64,000 nucleotides of DNA. It comes from Chloroflexota bacterium. Its GTDB lineage: Bacteria; Chloroflexota; UBA11872; VXOZ01. A model generated the notes under the pieces. The model saw only the letters and a list, made by a program, of their open reading frames with translations, had not been told where the DNA came from and made no database searches. Shown in pieces: positions 49,705 to 59,721 of the stretch; the stretch's first letter is position 1, and each line of letters begins with the position of its first letter. The translations under genes and the position numbers were made by a program. The stretch covers positions 2,400,001 to 2,464,000 of the forward strand of contig OZ219802.1 of NCBI GenBank assembly GCA_964291655.2. Reading direction: 5' to 3'.

Positions 49705-50865
49705 TCATACCACGGCCATGGCGCGCAACTGGCTCACGATACCTGGCAGTAGCTCCAGCACGTGTTCGATCTCGTCCGGCGTGTTCCTGTGACCCACGCT
49801 CAAACGCAGCGCGCCCCGCGCACGGTGCAGCGGGATGCCCATCGCTTGCAGCACGTGAGAAGGTTCCAACGAGGTGGCGGAGCAGGCTGATCCGGCAGAG
49901 GCGCAGACATTGTGCATGTCGAGGTTGAGGAGAATGCTTTCGCCTTCAATGTTTGCGAACGTGAGACTGGCAATGTGCGGCAGCCGCTGGGTAGGATGGC
50001 CGGTGCGCTCTGCGATCTCAATCCCCTCGCAAACGCTGCCAAGCAGGCGGTCCCGCAACGCCCGGCAATGCGCATTGCGTTCATCGCGGTGTGCCTGGGA
50101 CAGCGAAAGCGCCTTCGCCATGCCTACGGCGTAGGGCACGTTTTCCGTGCCGGAGCGTCGGTTGCGCTCTTGTCCGCCGCCCTGGACCAAGGGGATGAGC
50201 GGCGTGCCGCGCCGCGTGAAGAGTGCGCCGATACCTTTCGGCCCATAGAATTTATGGGCAGCAATTGACATAAGGTCAATGTCCAGCTCTTCAACGTCCA
50301 GATCCATGCAACCGACGGCCTGCACGGCGTCAGTGTGCACGACAATGTCCTCGTTTAGTTCCCGTGCCGACACTATCGCCTCTTGCAGGGGTTGGACGGT
50401 GCCGACCTCATTGTTGGCGATCATCATGCTGAGCAGGACGGTATCCGGACGTACGGCGGCACGCAGCGCGTCCAGGTCTACGATGCCGTGCCGGTCAACC
50501 GGAAGATAGGTTACCTCGAAGCCTTCCCTCTCCAACCTGTGGCATGTGTGCAGCACCGCGTGGTGTTCGATCTGCGTAGTGATAACGTGCCTGCCCTCGT
50601 CACGCCGGGCGTACGCCACACCCTTCAGGGCAAGATTTGCGCCCTCGCTGCCGCTGCCGGTGAAGACGATTTCATTGGGACTGCACAAGAAGACATCGGC
50701 AATGTCCTCCCGCGCTTCCTCCACCGCCCGCTTGGCCTGGCGCGCAATACTGTAGATGCCGGAAGGGTTGCCCCACTGCTCAGTGAGATAGGGCAGCATG
50801 GCGTCGAGAACAGCCGGGTCAACCGGCGTCGTTGCGGCGTGGTCGAGGTAGATTAGGTCGCTCAT
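49705..50865 (-). CDS. iscS: Cysteine desulfurase (IscS/NifS class I)
   Basis: YLDHAATTP, AAHKFYGPKG, RSGTENV, SAGSACS. Confidence 0.93.
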   Translation of the reverse strand: MSDLIYLDHAATTPVDPAVLDAMLPYLTEQWGNPSGIYSIARQAKRAVEEAREDIADVFLCSPNEIVFTGSGSEGANLALKGVAYARRDEGRHVITTQIEHHAVLHTCHRLEREGFEVTYLPVDRHGIVDLDALRAAVRPDTVLLSMMIANNEVGTVQPLQEAIVSARELNEDIVVHTDAVQAVGCMDLDVEELDIDLMSIAAHKFYGPKGIGALFTRRGTPLIPLVQGGGQERNRRSGTENVPYAVGMAKALSLSQAHRDERNAHCRALRDRLLGSVCEGIEIAERTGHPTQRLPHIASLTFANIEGESILLNLDMHNVCASAGSACSATSLEPSHVLQAMGIPLHRARGALRLSVGHRNTPDEIEHVLELLPGIVSQLRAMAVV

Positions 50866-51093
50866 GAATTACGCTCCTCCTACGCGAGGAGTATACACTC
50901 TCTGTCCCAAGCAAACGACGGAGCAAGTACCCGCACAGGCACCGGTGTGACTGGGTTCAAGGCGTGAACGGGTGCGTTTTCAACTCTACGTGACTCAAGT
51001 ATAGTAGCCGCGCTTTTCGGTTGCCAAGAAGTAAATTGGATTCGTAAGAGCGCAAGGCGCTAAACAAGACCCACCACTCCGTTCTGTTTCTGC

Positions 51094-51141
51094 CGACGGA
51101 GCCGTCGTACGACGGAGCCTGCGTACGACGGAGCCTTCGTA
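51094..51141. repeat. Three tandem 16-bp repeats CGACGGAGCC-NN-CGTA
   Basis: Units start at 51094, 51110 and 51126. Confidence 0.85.
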
Positions 51142-51163
51142 GCGAAGCACAATTCTTCAGGCG

Positions 51164-51967
51164 CTAGATGCCGGCGATGTCCCGTCGTCGGAAGATGAGC
51201 ACTGCCAACGCAAGGAAGACGAGGCTGGCGCCCAGCAGCACCGCGGGGTCTTGGAAAGAAATGTCCTCCCGCAAGACGGCCAGCGGTTCGAAGTAGTTGA
51301 AAGGACCCAAGATGCGGTAATCGTAGAGGTTCTCGACAATGTCTGTCATGGCATCGAAGAAATAGGCGCCTACTGTGAAGACGGCACCAAGCACGCCTGC
51401 AAGACGGCGCGAGGGCAACGAAGCGGACAGGAAAAGCGAAAAGCAATAGAAGAGCGCGCCCATGCCGAACGCGTTGAGCATGACAAGAGCAAGCCGGTCG
51501 AGCTCCAAGGTGGCTTCGTCCACGAAGCCGATGCTTACCCAGAGCACCACGCCTATAATCACGAGCACTAGGACGAGGCTCAAGAGAGTTGCGGCTGTCT
51601 TGTGCAGAACAACTTGGCTGCGCGAAATAGGCAGGGAGAGCAGGGTATCCATGGTGCCGCGCTCTTCTTCGCCGCGCAGCGCACCGGTGCCCTCGATGAT
51701 GGCGAAAATGGCCAGGATCAACGGCAGGATGATCAAGTACTGCGATACCAGATAGCCGTCAAATTCTGTTAGCGAAAGCACGCCGCCCGTAAAGGCCTTG
51801 TAGGCGTCGGGCAGGTTCTTCATAGCTTCCTCAAGCTCAGCGCCGCTCGCTGCGAAACTGGGATAAATGGCGATTACCAGCAGTGCGAGCGCGCCCAGAC
51901 CTAGCCCGTAGGCCAGTACGGGAATGCGCTGGTCACGCAGAGTCTTGAGCAGAAGATTCCGCAGCAT
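51164..51967 (-). CDS. ABC-2 type transporter permease
   Basis: Six TM segments, GEEERGTMDTLLSLPISRSQV, C-terminal FRRRDI. Confidence 0.9.
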   Translation of the reverse strand: MLRNLLLKTLRDQRIPVLAYGLGLGALALLVIAIYPSFAASGAELEEAMKNLPDAYKAFTGGVLSLTEFDGYLVSQYLIILPLILAIFAIIEGTGALRGEEERGTMDTLLSLPISRSQVVLHKTAATLLSLVLVLVIIGVVLWVSIGFVDEATLELDRLALVMLNAFGMGALFYCFSLFLSASLPSRRLAGVLGAVFTVGAYFFDAMTDIVENLYDYRILGPFNYFEPLAVLREDISFQDPAVLLGASLVFLALAVLIFRRRDIAGI

Positions 51968-52868
51968 GGGCTTCCTCTCGGGTTTCGTAATACTGGAGAA
52001 AGATGTCTTCGAGGCGTCGTTCCTGGTACTCGATGTCTACCACAGTGTAGCGCGCCGCTTCTATGAGCGCGCCGGCCAAGTTGCCCTGGATCAGCGCAAT
52101 CACGGTGGTGTCTTCCTGGGACTCTTTTTGCACGCCCTCTAGTCCGCTAAGGAAGTCGGCCTGTGGAGGTTCGGCGAATTCCAAGCGTAAACGCCGCACT
52201 TGCTTCTCTTGGATGGCTTCCAAGGTGTCGCTCAGAATGAGCGTGCCGTCGCGGATCACGCCCACACGGTCGCAGATGCGCTCTACCTCGTCCAGATTGT
52301 GACTGGAAAAGAATACTGTGCCCCCTTGCTCGCGGTATTCATCCAGAATGCCGTACAATTCCTGCTGCATGAGCGGATCGAGTCCGCTGGTGGCTTCATC
52401 GAAGAGAATCAAGTCCGGCCGGTGCATGAGCGCCTGCAACACGCCGAGTTTCTGCTTGTTGCCCCGCGACAATGTGCCGATGCGCCGATTAAGTTCGGCA
52501 TCCAACCGCTCGGCCAATTCGTGCACGTACGACATGTCCGTTACGCCACGCACAGTACCGAAGAACCGCAGGAGTTGCCTACCGGTAAGATTCTCATACA
52601 TGCGCAGTTCACCGGGCAGGAATCCGACGCGGGCACGGATGGCTTTCGACTGGCCCTGCACATCCATGCCGAGGATCGTGGCTGCGCCGCGGGTGGGACG
52701 GATAAGATCGAGCAGCAGGCGGACGGTGGTCGTTTTGCCTGCCCCGTTGGGTCCCACGAAGCCGTAGATTTCTCCGCGTCGCACGTCAAGATCAAGGTCT
52801 ATAACGCCACGACTCTTGCCGTAGAATTTCGTTAGCTGGCGCGTTTCAATTGCCAGTTCTTGTGCCAC
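51933..52868 (-). CDS. ABC transporter ATP-binding protein
   Basis: GPNGAGKTT, LSRGNKQK, DEATSGLDP, SSH. Confidence 0.95.
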   Translation of the reverse strand: MAQELAIETRQLTKFYGKSRGVIDLDLDVRRGEIYGFVGPNGAGKTTTVRLLLDLIRPTRGAATILGMDVQGQSKAIRARVGFLPGELRMYENLTGRQLLRFFGTVRGVTDMSYVHELAERLDAELNRRIGTLSRGNKQKLGVLQALMHRPDLILFDEATSGLDPLMQQELYGILDEYREQGGTVFFSSHNLDEVERICDRVGVIRDGTLILSDTLEAIQEKQVRRLRLEFAEPPQADFLSGLEGVQKESQEDTTVIALIQGNLAGALIEAARYTVVDIEYQERRLEDIFLQYYETREEAHAAESSAQDSA

Positions 52869-53447
52869 TGGAAGTGTCCTCTCTGCGCGAGCCCGTGATG
52901 AAGGTAACGAATGTCAGCATTGGATGCAGCGAACGCCGTATGCGGAGGCGCGTGCTCTCAACCGCTTGTGGTTCATCATGCGCTGTCAACCCGTTCGCAA
53001 TGTGCGGTTAGATTCCCAAGCGTGGAGGAATTCCATCATTAGACGCCGCACGAACAGCATGCGGAGTTTCCGTTTTATCGCTTTGCCGATGGGTGTGTCC
53101 GTGAACACATTCACGGCGTCGTTAAACTGTCTCTTAGCTAATTATAGCCCATACGTATTATGCATCGCAGATGGGGAGGCGGGAGAGCGAAGGCAGCTTG
53201 TGGCGCTTGTGCGCGGCCCGACGGGCCCGCTTGACGTATCTTAAAGCCGGATTTGCTTGTATGTGGAGCACGGTGTCGTCTATAGTGGCGCACCAGCAAC
53301 GCCGCCTGCTCTGTCGTGTCTCTTAGGTACTTCTCAGACTATGCAGGTAGAATGAGATGCGGTTCCAAAGAGAGAGACCGCAAAGAGCCCACGGGCAGCG
53401 CACTATTAAAGATCACTTCATGACTTGCCACAGCGGAGGGTTGCGAT

Positions 53448-54296
53448 ATGGACAAGATGGATAGACGAGCATGGGTCGGGATATCAGCCTTAGGGGTAGG
53501 CGTGCTCGTCCTGCTCCTCGTGATTTTCTCGTCGGTCCGGGACACAGGCCAACAACTCCTGAATCTCTTTCGGGTGCAAGAGGTGCAAACGGTCCAGATC
53601 ACGCAGGAATTCTTGGATTCCTTGCCGGAGCCGGACGCAGAGCTTATTCAATGGGTCGAAGAGCCTTCAGGCGATGGAGAGGCGCGTGAAGTCACGTTAG
53701 CCGAAGCAGAGGATGCCTTGGGCTTTCGTTTGGCTCAGGTCGCCGATTTGCCGGACAATCTGCAAACCGACCCCAAAGTCACGATTACTGACGCGGAAGA
53801 AGCCTCGTTTACTATCGATTTGCCTACCGCGCGCAACTACATCTGGGCGCTAGGCGGTGACGGCGCAATTCTGCCCGACACTATGGAGGGTGCGGTCTTT
53901 GGCGTCACAATGCCCCAGGTGGGCATGCTGTTCTATGCTGCGAAAGAGAATCCCGAGCAGGGCGTGCGCCTGATCCAGACCACCAGCCCGACACTCGCGG
54001 TCCCCGGTGAGATCGACATGGATGCCATACGCGCTGGGCTCTTGGAGCTGGAAATTCTGCCTCAGGACCTGGCCGCGCAATTGCGGGCGGTAAGCGACTG
54101 GGAGAGCACGCTGCTGCTGCCGTTGGTCGAGGGTATGTCAGAGGAAGTGAATTTCGGCTCTGCGACTGCGGTGCGTTTCTTTGGTGTGGATGATGATGAC
54201 CGGATGCTGGTGTGGGTGGCCCAGGATCGGATACACGTCCTCAGCACGAACATCCCCGAGCTTGATTTGACCGCTCTGGCTGAGAACGTCAGATAG
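53448..54296 (+). CDS. Membrane-anchored acidic hypothetical protein (resembles the extracellular part of anti-sigma/DUF4367-type proteins)
   Basis: GGAGG RBS, N-terminal TM, LNLFRVQEVQTV and LLLP motifs. The family link is tentative. Confidence 0.6.
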   Translation: MDKMDRRAWVGISALGVGVLVLLLVIFSSVRDTGQQLLNLFRVQEVQTVQITQEFLDSLPEPDAELIQWVEEPSGDGEAREVTLAEAEDALGFRLAQVADLPDNLQTDPKVTITDAEEASFTIDLPTARNYIWALGGDGAILPDTMEGAVFGVTMPQVGMLFYAAKENPEQGVRLIQTTSPTLAVPGEIDMDAIRAGLLELEILPQDLAAQLRAVSDWESTLLLPLVEGMSEEVNFGSATAVRFFGVDDDDRMLVWVAQDRIHVLSTNIPELDLTALAENVR

Positions 54297-54625
54297 CGAA
54301 ACTCAGCTACAGACGACCGTGTGGACTGATGCTGTCCTCATTTTGGCGTCTTGGCTGCGTGTTGCGGCTAGGTTGGCCTAGAGAGCTATCACCAGCAGTC
54401 CAGCTTGCCCTCGATTGGAATCCATTGAACGTCTCGGCCGCCGGTGAGTACGTGCGTGCACCTTGGCATTGAATACGCTGACCTTAGGCAAGGTGGGCGT
54501 CGCATTGCACACCGCAACTGAGGCCCGTGTGATGTTGGGGTAATCTCCAGGTGCACGGCAGGGAGGCGTTGGGGTACGCTAGACTCAAAGTGCAGTTTTG
54601 GGTGATTCCCGCAAGGAGGCCTTTT

Positions 54626-55303
54626 GTGGAATACGAGATCCTACACCGACCGTCGTATGCGCTGCTCAACATGCAATTGAATGCCGGCGAGAACGTGAGC
54701 GCCGAGGCCGGCGCTATGGTCAGCATGTCGAGCGGCATCGAGATCGAGACCAGTATGCGCGGCGGACTGTTAGGCGGACTGCGACGCAAATTCCTGGGTG
54801 GCGAGTCTTTCTTCATAAACACGTTCAACGCGGCGCAGAGCGGAGAAGTGAATTTTGCCCCCAGTCTTCCCGGCGACATCTATGCGGTTGAACTCAACAA
54901 CGAAGTGATATTTGCCCAGTCCGGCTCATTCATCGCCTCGACGGCCGGGGTGGAAGTGGACTCGTCGTGGGGCGGCGCCAAGACGTTCTTTTCCGGTGAA
55001 GGCCTCTTTCTTCTCAAGATTAGCGGCAGCGGCGTCGTGTTCCTCTCCAGCTACGGCGCAATCCACGAAATTGCCCTGGAGGCAGGGCAGTCCTACACCG
55101 TGGACACGGGGCACATGGTCTCATTCGCCGAGGGTGTCGGCTACAGCGTACGCCGCGTGGGCGGCATGAAGTCCACGCTCTTCAGCGGCGAGGGCCTGGT
55201 GGTGGAGCTGACCGGCCCCGGCACGGTAACGATCCAGTCCCGCAGCACCGACGCCTTCCTCGCCTGGCTCATACCGCACTTGCCGAGTGGAGACTCCGGG
55301 TAA
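54626..55303 (+). CDS. TIGR00266 / AIM24 family protein
   Basis: GTG after AAGGAGG; AEAGAMVSM, GGESFF.N, GEGLF, VDTGH.V.F, SGEGLV. Confidence 0.92.
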   Translation: MEYEILHRPSYALLNMQLNAGENVSAEAGAMVSMSSGIEIETSMRGGLLGGLRRKFLGGESFFINTFNAAQSGEVNFAPSLPGDIYAVELNNEVIFAQSGSFIASTAGVEVDSSWGGAKTFFSGEGLFLLKISGSGVVFLSSYGAIHEIALEAGQSYTVDTGHMVSFAEGVGYSVRRVGGMKSTLFSGEGLVVELTGPGTVTIQSRSTDAFLAWLIPHLPSGDSG

Positions 55304-55378
55304 GTATAACGTCTAGAGCCGGAGATCGATTTAATACCCTCGCATACTCGGGGCATTTGCACCGAGTAGTCCCTTCGT

Positions 55379-55615
55379 TCAAGCGCTTGTCACCGGACGT
55401 GCCTGCGAAGGCAGTACCGTAGCGATGGCTACGGTCTGGTCGTCAAGAGCCTCGAACTCCACGACGTATGCCGGGGTGTCCTGGTGAATGTGCACTATGG
55501 TGCCAACATCGCCTGGTTGCAGTTGCTCGTGACGGTCACCACAAACGGCGACGGTGAGAACGATCTGCTCGTGTTCTTTGAACGTTGGCTCACTTCCAAC
55601 GAGACTCGTGCCCAT
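55379..55615 (-). CDS. DUF4926-domain small protein
   Basis: KEHEQIVLT...LQPGDVGTIVH....AYVVEF..LD.QTVAIATV; start uncertain. Confidence 0.75.
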   Translation of the reverse strand: MGTSLVGSEPTFKEHEQIVLTVAVCGDRHEQLQPGDVGTIVHIHQDTPAYVVEFEALDDQTVAIATVLPSQARPVTSA

Positions 55616-55711
55616 AACATAATAGGTGACTGTACTTGAAGCGTTCTCTGCGTCTCGATTGCTGCGTAGGTTTAGGTGATTTCTAGGTAACACAGCAATT
55701 GCAAAGCAGAG

Positions 55712-56413
55712 TCAGGAAGATTCGCCATTCCCTGAGTTCCACGCCCGGCTGCCTTTGACGTGCAGGTAGCTGGCGCCGGCTTCGATCCAGGCTTCGCGGT
55801 AGGCGTAGAGAGTTTTCTCATTCGCGCCCGCGACTGAGCGCACTTCTTCAGCAGTCTTATGGAGCCACGGCACGTTGTCGGCGACTTCTTCCGGACGCTC
55901 CAATAAGAATTGGCGCATCTCCGCCAGCTTGGCGAGGCCGCCGGGCACGTCCGGCCCGGTGATCTCCTGCATCTGCTGCGCTACGGCTATGAGGGCGTCC
56001 GCGGCTTCCTTGTACACGTCCCAGCGGCGGTGCATGCGCTCCATCATGTGCTGGATGTCGTCAAGAAGCTCAGTAACGTGCGCGACGTCGGACTGCACGC
56101 GTGCGGGCTCTTCCTCCTCGATGCGCTTCAATTCATCGATGCTGCCGCACACGTCGGTGTAGTGGGTCTGGCGCGCGGCGTCTCCCTCCGACATGTCCGG
56201 CACGAATTGGTTTCCGCCGGCCCAGCGCACGCGGGGCAACTCCATCATGCCGCCGTCTTCGAAATAGACTAATGGCGGTTGGTTGTGGCCGGCCTCTTCG
56301 ATGTGCGCGCGGCCCAGGGCGACCTTTTCGAGAATCTTCTCACGGTGCGGCGATGGCGGCAGCCAACGCTCGTCGATGTCAGTTGCAGCGACTCTCTCTT
56401 GTACCTGACTCAT
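55712..56413 (-). CDS. Hypothetical protein (233 aa, helical C-terminal half)
   Basis: AGGAG RBS and strong GC3 bias; no family recognised. Confidence 0.75.
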   Translation of the reverse strand: MSQVQERVAATDIDERWLPPSPHREKILEKVALGRAHIEEAGHNQPPLVYFEDGGMMELPRVRWAGGNQFVPDMSEGDAARQTHYTDVCGSIDELKRIEEEEPARVQSDVAHVTELLDDIQHMMERMHRRWDVYKEAADALIAVAQQMQEITGPDVPGGLAKLAEMRQFLLERPEEVADNVPWLHKTAEEVRSVAGANEKTLYAYREAWIEAGASYLHVKGSRAWNSGNGESS

Positions 56414-56524
56414 CTCCTGAACTCCTTAACTTGGTCCACGAAACGCATGTGGCACGAATGACATTTCCTGCTCAGTCGGCTTGCTCAAGCTTCTCAACTC
56501 CTTCCCTGCTAGTATACTACCGCT

Positions 56525-57139
56525 ATGGAAATCGTCATCCCGGAACTGCAATTCACGCCTGAACGCCGCGTCTCGGTGATGCAGCCCCATGCCGTCACCC
56601 TGCGGGGAGCGGCAGTAACGCTGCGGCCCATGGGTGAAGGCGATTGGGACAGTCTACTTAAGTGGAATAGCGATCCCGCGGTGATGGAACTCGCCGATCA
56701 CAACCCCTTTGAGGAGAGCTCCTTAGAGGAATTACAAACTATCTACCGCTGGATTTCGACCCATGCCTACTGTTTCATCATGGAGGCAGATGGGAATCCC
56801 ATCGGCGAGTGCTGGCTACAACAGATGAATCTGCAGCGGATCGTTGCGCAGTTTCCCAATAAGGACCTGCGCCGCATCGACCTTATGATCGGCGAGAAGG
56901 AGCTGTGGGGACGCGGCTATGGGACGGATGCAATAGGGCTGCTTGTTGACTTTGGTTTTCAGGACGAGCGCGCCGACGCCATATTCGCTCCCGTCATGGC
57001 GGATAACCACCGCAGCCAGCGCGCCTTCCAGAAGAACGGCTTCACGTGCCTCAAGCGTTTTCAAGAACCGGACGGTAGCATCAACACCGATCTGGTCTTG
57101 TGGCGGACTGAGTATGCGACTGCCATTCCGCACGAGTGA
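56525..57139 (+). CDS. GNAT family N-acetyltransferase (RimJ/RimL-like)
   Basis: LRPM..D, WGRGYGTDAI, N.RSQRAFQKNGF. Confidence 0.88.
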   Translation: MEIVIPELQFTPERRVSVMQPHAVTLRGAAVTLRPMGEGDWDSLLKWNSDPAVMELADHNPFEESSLEELQTIYRWISTHAYCFIMEADGNPIGECWLQQMNLQRIVAQFPNKDLRRIDLMIGEKELWGRGYGTDAIGLLVDFGFQDERADAIFAPVMADNHRSQRAFQKNGFTCLKRFQEPDGSINTDLVLWRTEYATAIPHE

Positions 57140-57213
57140 TGTCTGTAGAGTTACTCGTGTAGCACATGAGCCACGTGTTTAGAGATTGGCTCTCGAACCC
57201 GCGGACTCTTCTG

Positions 57214-58257
57214 CTACGCCGCAGTAACCGTAATGCCGGTTCCCTCGCCAACCTTGCCGATGATCCAGAGCGGCTCGTTGGCGGCGCGGAATTCTTCTAC
57301 CAGTTGGGGTTGCTGATGAGGCGGTACCGCTGCCAGGAGGCCGCCGCTGGTCTGGGGATCGAAGAGGAGCTCGGCGAGCGCGGATGGAATGTCCCCGTCC
57401 AGGGTAAGTAGCCCTTCGTCTTCCAGGTGCGCGCGGTTGCGGTCCAGACCGCCGGGCACCACGTCCTCCCGGGCGTATTCCAGCGCACCGCTCAGCATCG
57501 GAATCGCCTGTGCGGCAAATTCAAAGCGTACCTTGCCGTGGCGCGCCATCTCCATAGCGTGGCCGAGCAGGCCGTAGCCGGTCACGTCGGTGCAAGCGTG
57601 GACAGTGAATTGTTGGAGTAGGCGCGCGGCCCCGCCATTCAGGCGGCACATGCTGGCGACAGCTTCTTCAAGATGTCCGGGCGCGACGCCGCCGCGCTTG
57701 AGAGCCGTGGTAATCACGCCGGTGCCAATCGGCTTCGTAAGGACCAACAGGTCGCCCGGCTGGGCACCGGCCTTGGTGAAGATGCGTTCGGGATGTACCT
57801 GCCCCGTGACAGCCAAGCCGTACTTTGGTTCTTCGTCAGTCACCGTGTGTCCGCCCGCGATCACCGCGCCGGCCTCGATCACCTTGTCCGCGCCGCCCTG
57901 GAAGATGCGGCTCAGGATGTCCAGATCGAGGTCGTCGGGAAAGCCTGCGAGGTTCAGGGCAAAGAGCGGCTCGCCCCCCATGGCATACACATCGCTCAGG
58001 GCGTTGGCGGCCGCAATCTGTCCGAAAGCGTAGGGATCGTCGACGACCGGCGGGAAGAAGTCCGCCGTACTGATGATGGCCTGTTCGTCGCTCATACGAT
58101 AAACGGCGGCATCGTCAGGCGCGGTGAGACCTACCAGCAGATTGCTATCGGATTGTGAAGGAAAGGCGCGCAGTACCTGCGCGAGCTCGGCGGGGCCGAG
58201 TTTGCCCGCTCACCCGGCGCAGGAAGCCAGGCTGGTTAGTCTGACCGGTGATGACAT
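57214..58257 (-). CDS. selD: Selenide, water dikinase; selenoprotein with in-frame UGA at codon 16
   Basis: ATG at 58257 after GAGGAG reads MSSPVRLTSLASCAG-UGA-AGKLGPAEL...DDAAVY, in frame with DFFPPVVDDP, ANALSDVYAMGG, DVTGYGLLGH, DPQTSGGLL. Confidence 0.95.
58181..58209 (-). promoter_or_regulatory. Candidate bacterial SECIS hairpin
   Basis: Immediately 3' of the UGA: GCGGG-CAAA-CUCGGC-CCC-GCCGAG-CUCGC forms an upper 6-bp stem and a lower 5-bp stem. Confidence 0.6.
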
Positions 58258-58349
58258 AGGGTTGCTCCTCAGCGGTTTTGAACGCGGACTGAATGCGTGT
58301 GGGCAACGGTGCCGTCGACGACTTTCTTGCCTTTACCAAGACCACCCGC

Positions 58350-58526
58350 ACCGTTCGGCCTGAGCTTGTCGACGACCGGGTTGGAACAGAGAGACTTGGC
58401 GCATGACTTACGTATCTCATTTCGCCGTTCATGCTTCGACAAGCTCAGCACGAACGGCTAGTGGGCTCAGCACGAACGGCTGGCGGGCTCAGCTCAAACG
58501 GCTGGCGTGCTCAGCAGGAACGGCAA
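58350..58526. repeat. Family B REP pair followed by four tandem 22-bp half-REP units
   Basis: GCTCAGCACGAACGGCT(A/G)G-type units at 58443, 58465, 58487 and 58509. Confidence 0.85.
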
Positions 58527-58733
58527 GCGCGCCCACCGCATACCGAACCGGCAAACACCCCAAGACTCCTCTTTCTTGAAAGTATAGCAACTCCCCATGA
58601 AGGGAAGAGTTCTGGCTGACTTTGGGGACACCTGTCAACCAGCAATTGCAATTTGCAGGCAGCGAATTTACTGCCGCTGGTGATGTATATTCCTGACGAT
58701 CCCCGTTTCTTGCGGCCACTTCAAAGGCTGTAG

Positions 58734-59582
58734 TTAGGCAAAGTCGCGCCACGAATACTGCGCTCGGAAACCGAGGTCGTGTTTCGCTTTGGCGTTGGTG
58801 ATGCCTGATTCCGTGCAGGTAAGATGGGCCGCTATCTGCTCGGTGCCGGGGAAGACGAGTGGCGAAGCTTCAGCGAGGGGAATTGGACAGAACGCGTCAT
58901 CGGCCACGATGTAATAGGCGCCGTGCACGGCGCTTTCCGTCTCCAACGCCAGGCGAAACCCCACCGCCAGGTCGCGTACGTCCGCGTAGCCCCAAAAGCC
59001 ACCATAGAAGGCGTTGAGATTCGCCTCCATCGCTGCCAGTCGCTCCGGCCACGTCTCCGGCATGACCACGTGGGACGGACGGATTGAAACGGCGGGAATG
59101 CCGGTGCGCCGATGCGCCATGTCCACGATATCTTCCCCGACTACTTTGGAGAGACCGTACGGGTCTTGCGGCAGATTCGGGTGGTTTTCATCCACCGGCA
59201 GGTAGTGCGGGACAAAGTCGCGGTAGCGGAAGCTCATGCCGAGCACGTTGATGCTGCTCGTGGCGACGATCTTCTTGAGGCCCAGCGTGGCGGCAGCCTC
59301 GCACACATTATAGGTTCCCATCACATTTGTACGGAACACGTACGAGTTGGCGAGGGTCCCAGGCGAAGGGATGGCCGAAAGGTGCACTACGGCCCCGGCA
59401 GGGGCCAGAAGCTCGAATATCGTACCCTCGTCTTCGTGGTCGCCGACGCGATAGTGGACGCCGGCTTCGGGCTCCGTTGGCGCAACACGATCGAACGAGA
59501 CGATCTCGTGCCCGTGCTGCACAAGCTCCCTTACAACGTACTGTCCGATGTTACCGCTGCCGCCTGTCACAACTACCTTCAT
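58734..59582 (-). CDS. NAD-dependent epimerase/dehydratase (extended SDR)
   Basis: TGGSGNIG, YGLSK (YxxxK). Confidence 0.92.
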   Translation of the reverse strand: MKVVVTGGSGNIGQYVVRELVQHGHEIVSFDRVAPTEPEAGVHYRVGDHEDEGTIFELLAPAGAVVHLSAIPSPGTLANSYVFRTNVMGTYNVCEAAATLGLKKIVATSSINVLGMSFRYRDFVPHYLPVDENHPNLPQDPYGLSKVVGEDIVDMAHRRTGIPAVSIRPSHVVMPETWPERLAAMEANLNAFYGGFWGYADVRDLAVGFRLALETESAVHGAYYIVADDAFCPIPLAEASPLVFPGTEQIAAHLTCTESGITNAKAKHDLGFRAQYSWRDFA

Positions 59583-59721
59583 GGGTTGTCCTCCTGGTGG
59601 GAAATTTTGCGTAACTTCGGCCGCAGGCGCTTGAATTACTCCCTCTCCCTGGGAGGCCGTCTCACAAATGCATCGCTCGGTGTAGACTTGCCCTTCGACA
59701 GGTTCTAACCCACTCCCGCCG

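Noticed and set aside
52986-53114. 42-aa minus-strand ORF (VNVFTDTPIGKAIKRKLRMLFVRR...) upstream of the ABC operon, and the overlapping plus-strand 106-aa ORF
   Set aside because: No convincing RBS, motif or codon bias; cannot be supported from sequence alone.
57214-58257. selD as a pseudogene
   Set aside because: The only stop is a UGA exactly at the catalytic Cys/Sec position, followed by a hairpin; the rest of the frame is intact.
58443-58526. Possible mini-CRISPR
   Set aside because: Head-to-tail 22-bp units without unique spacers; derived from a REP half.
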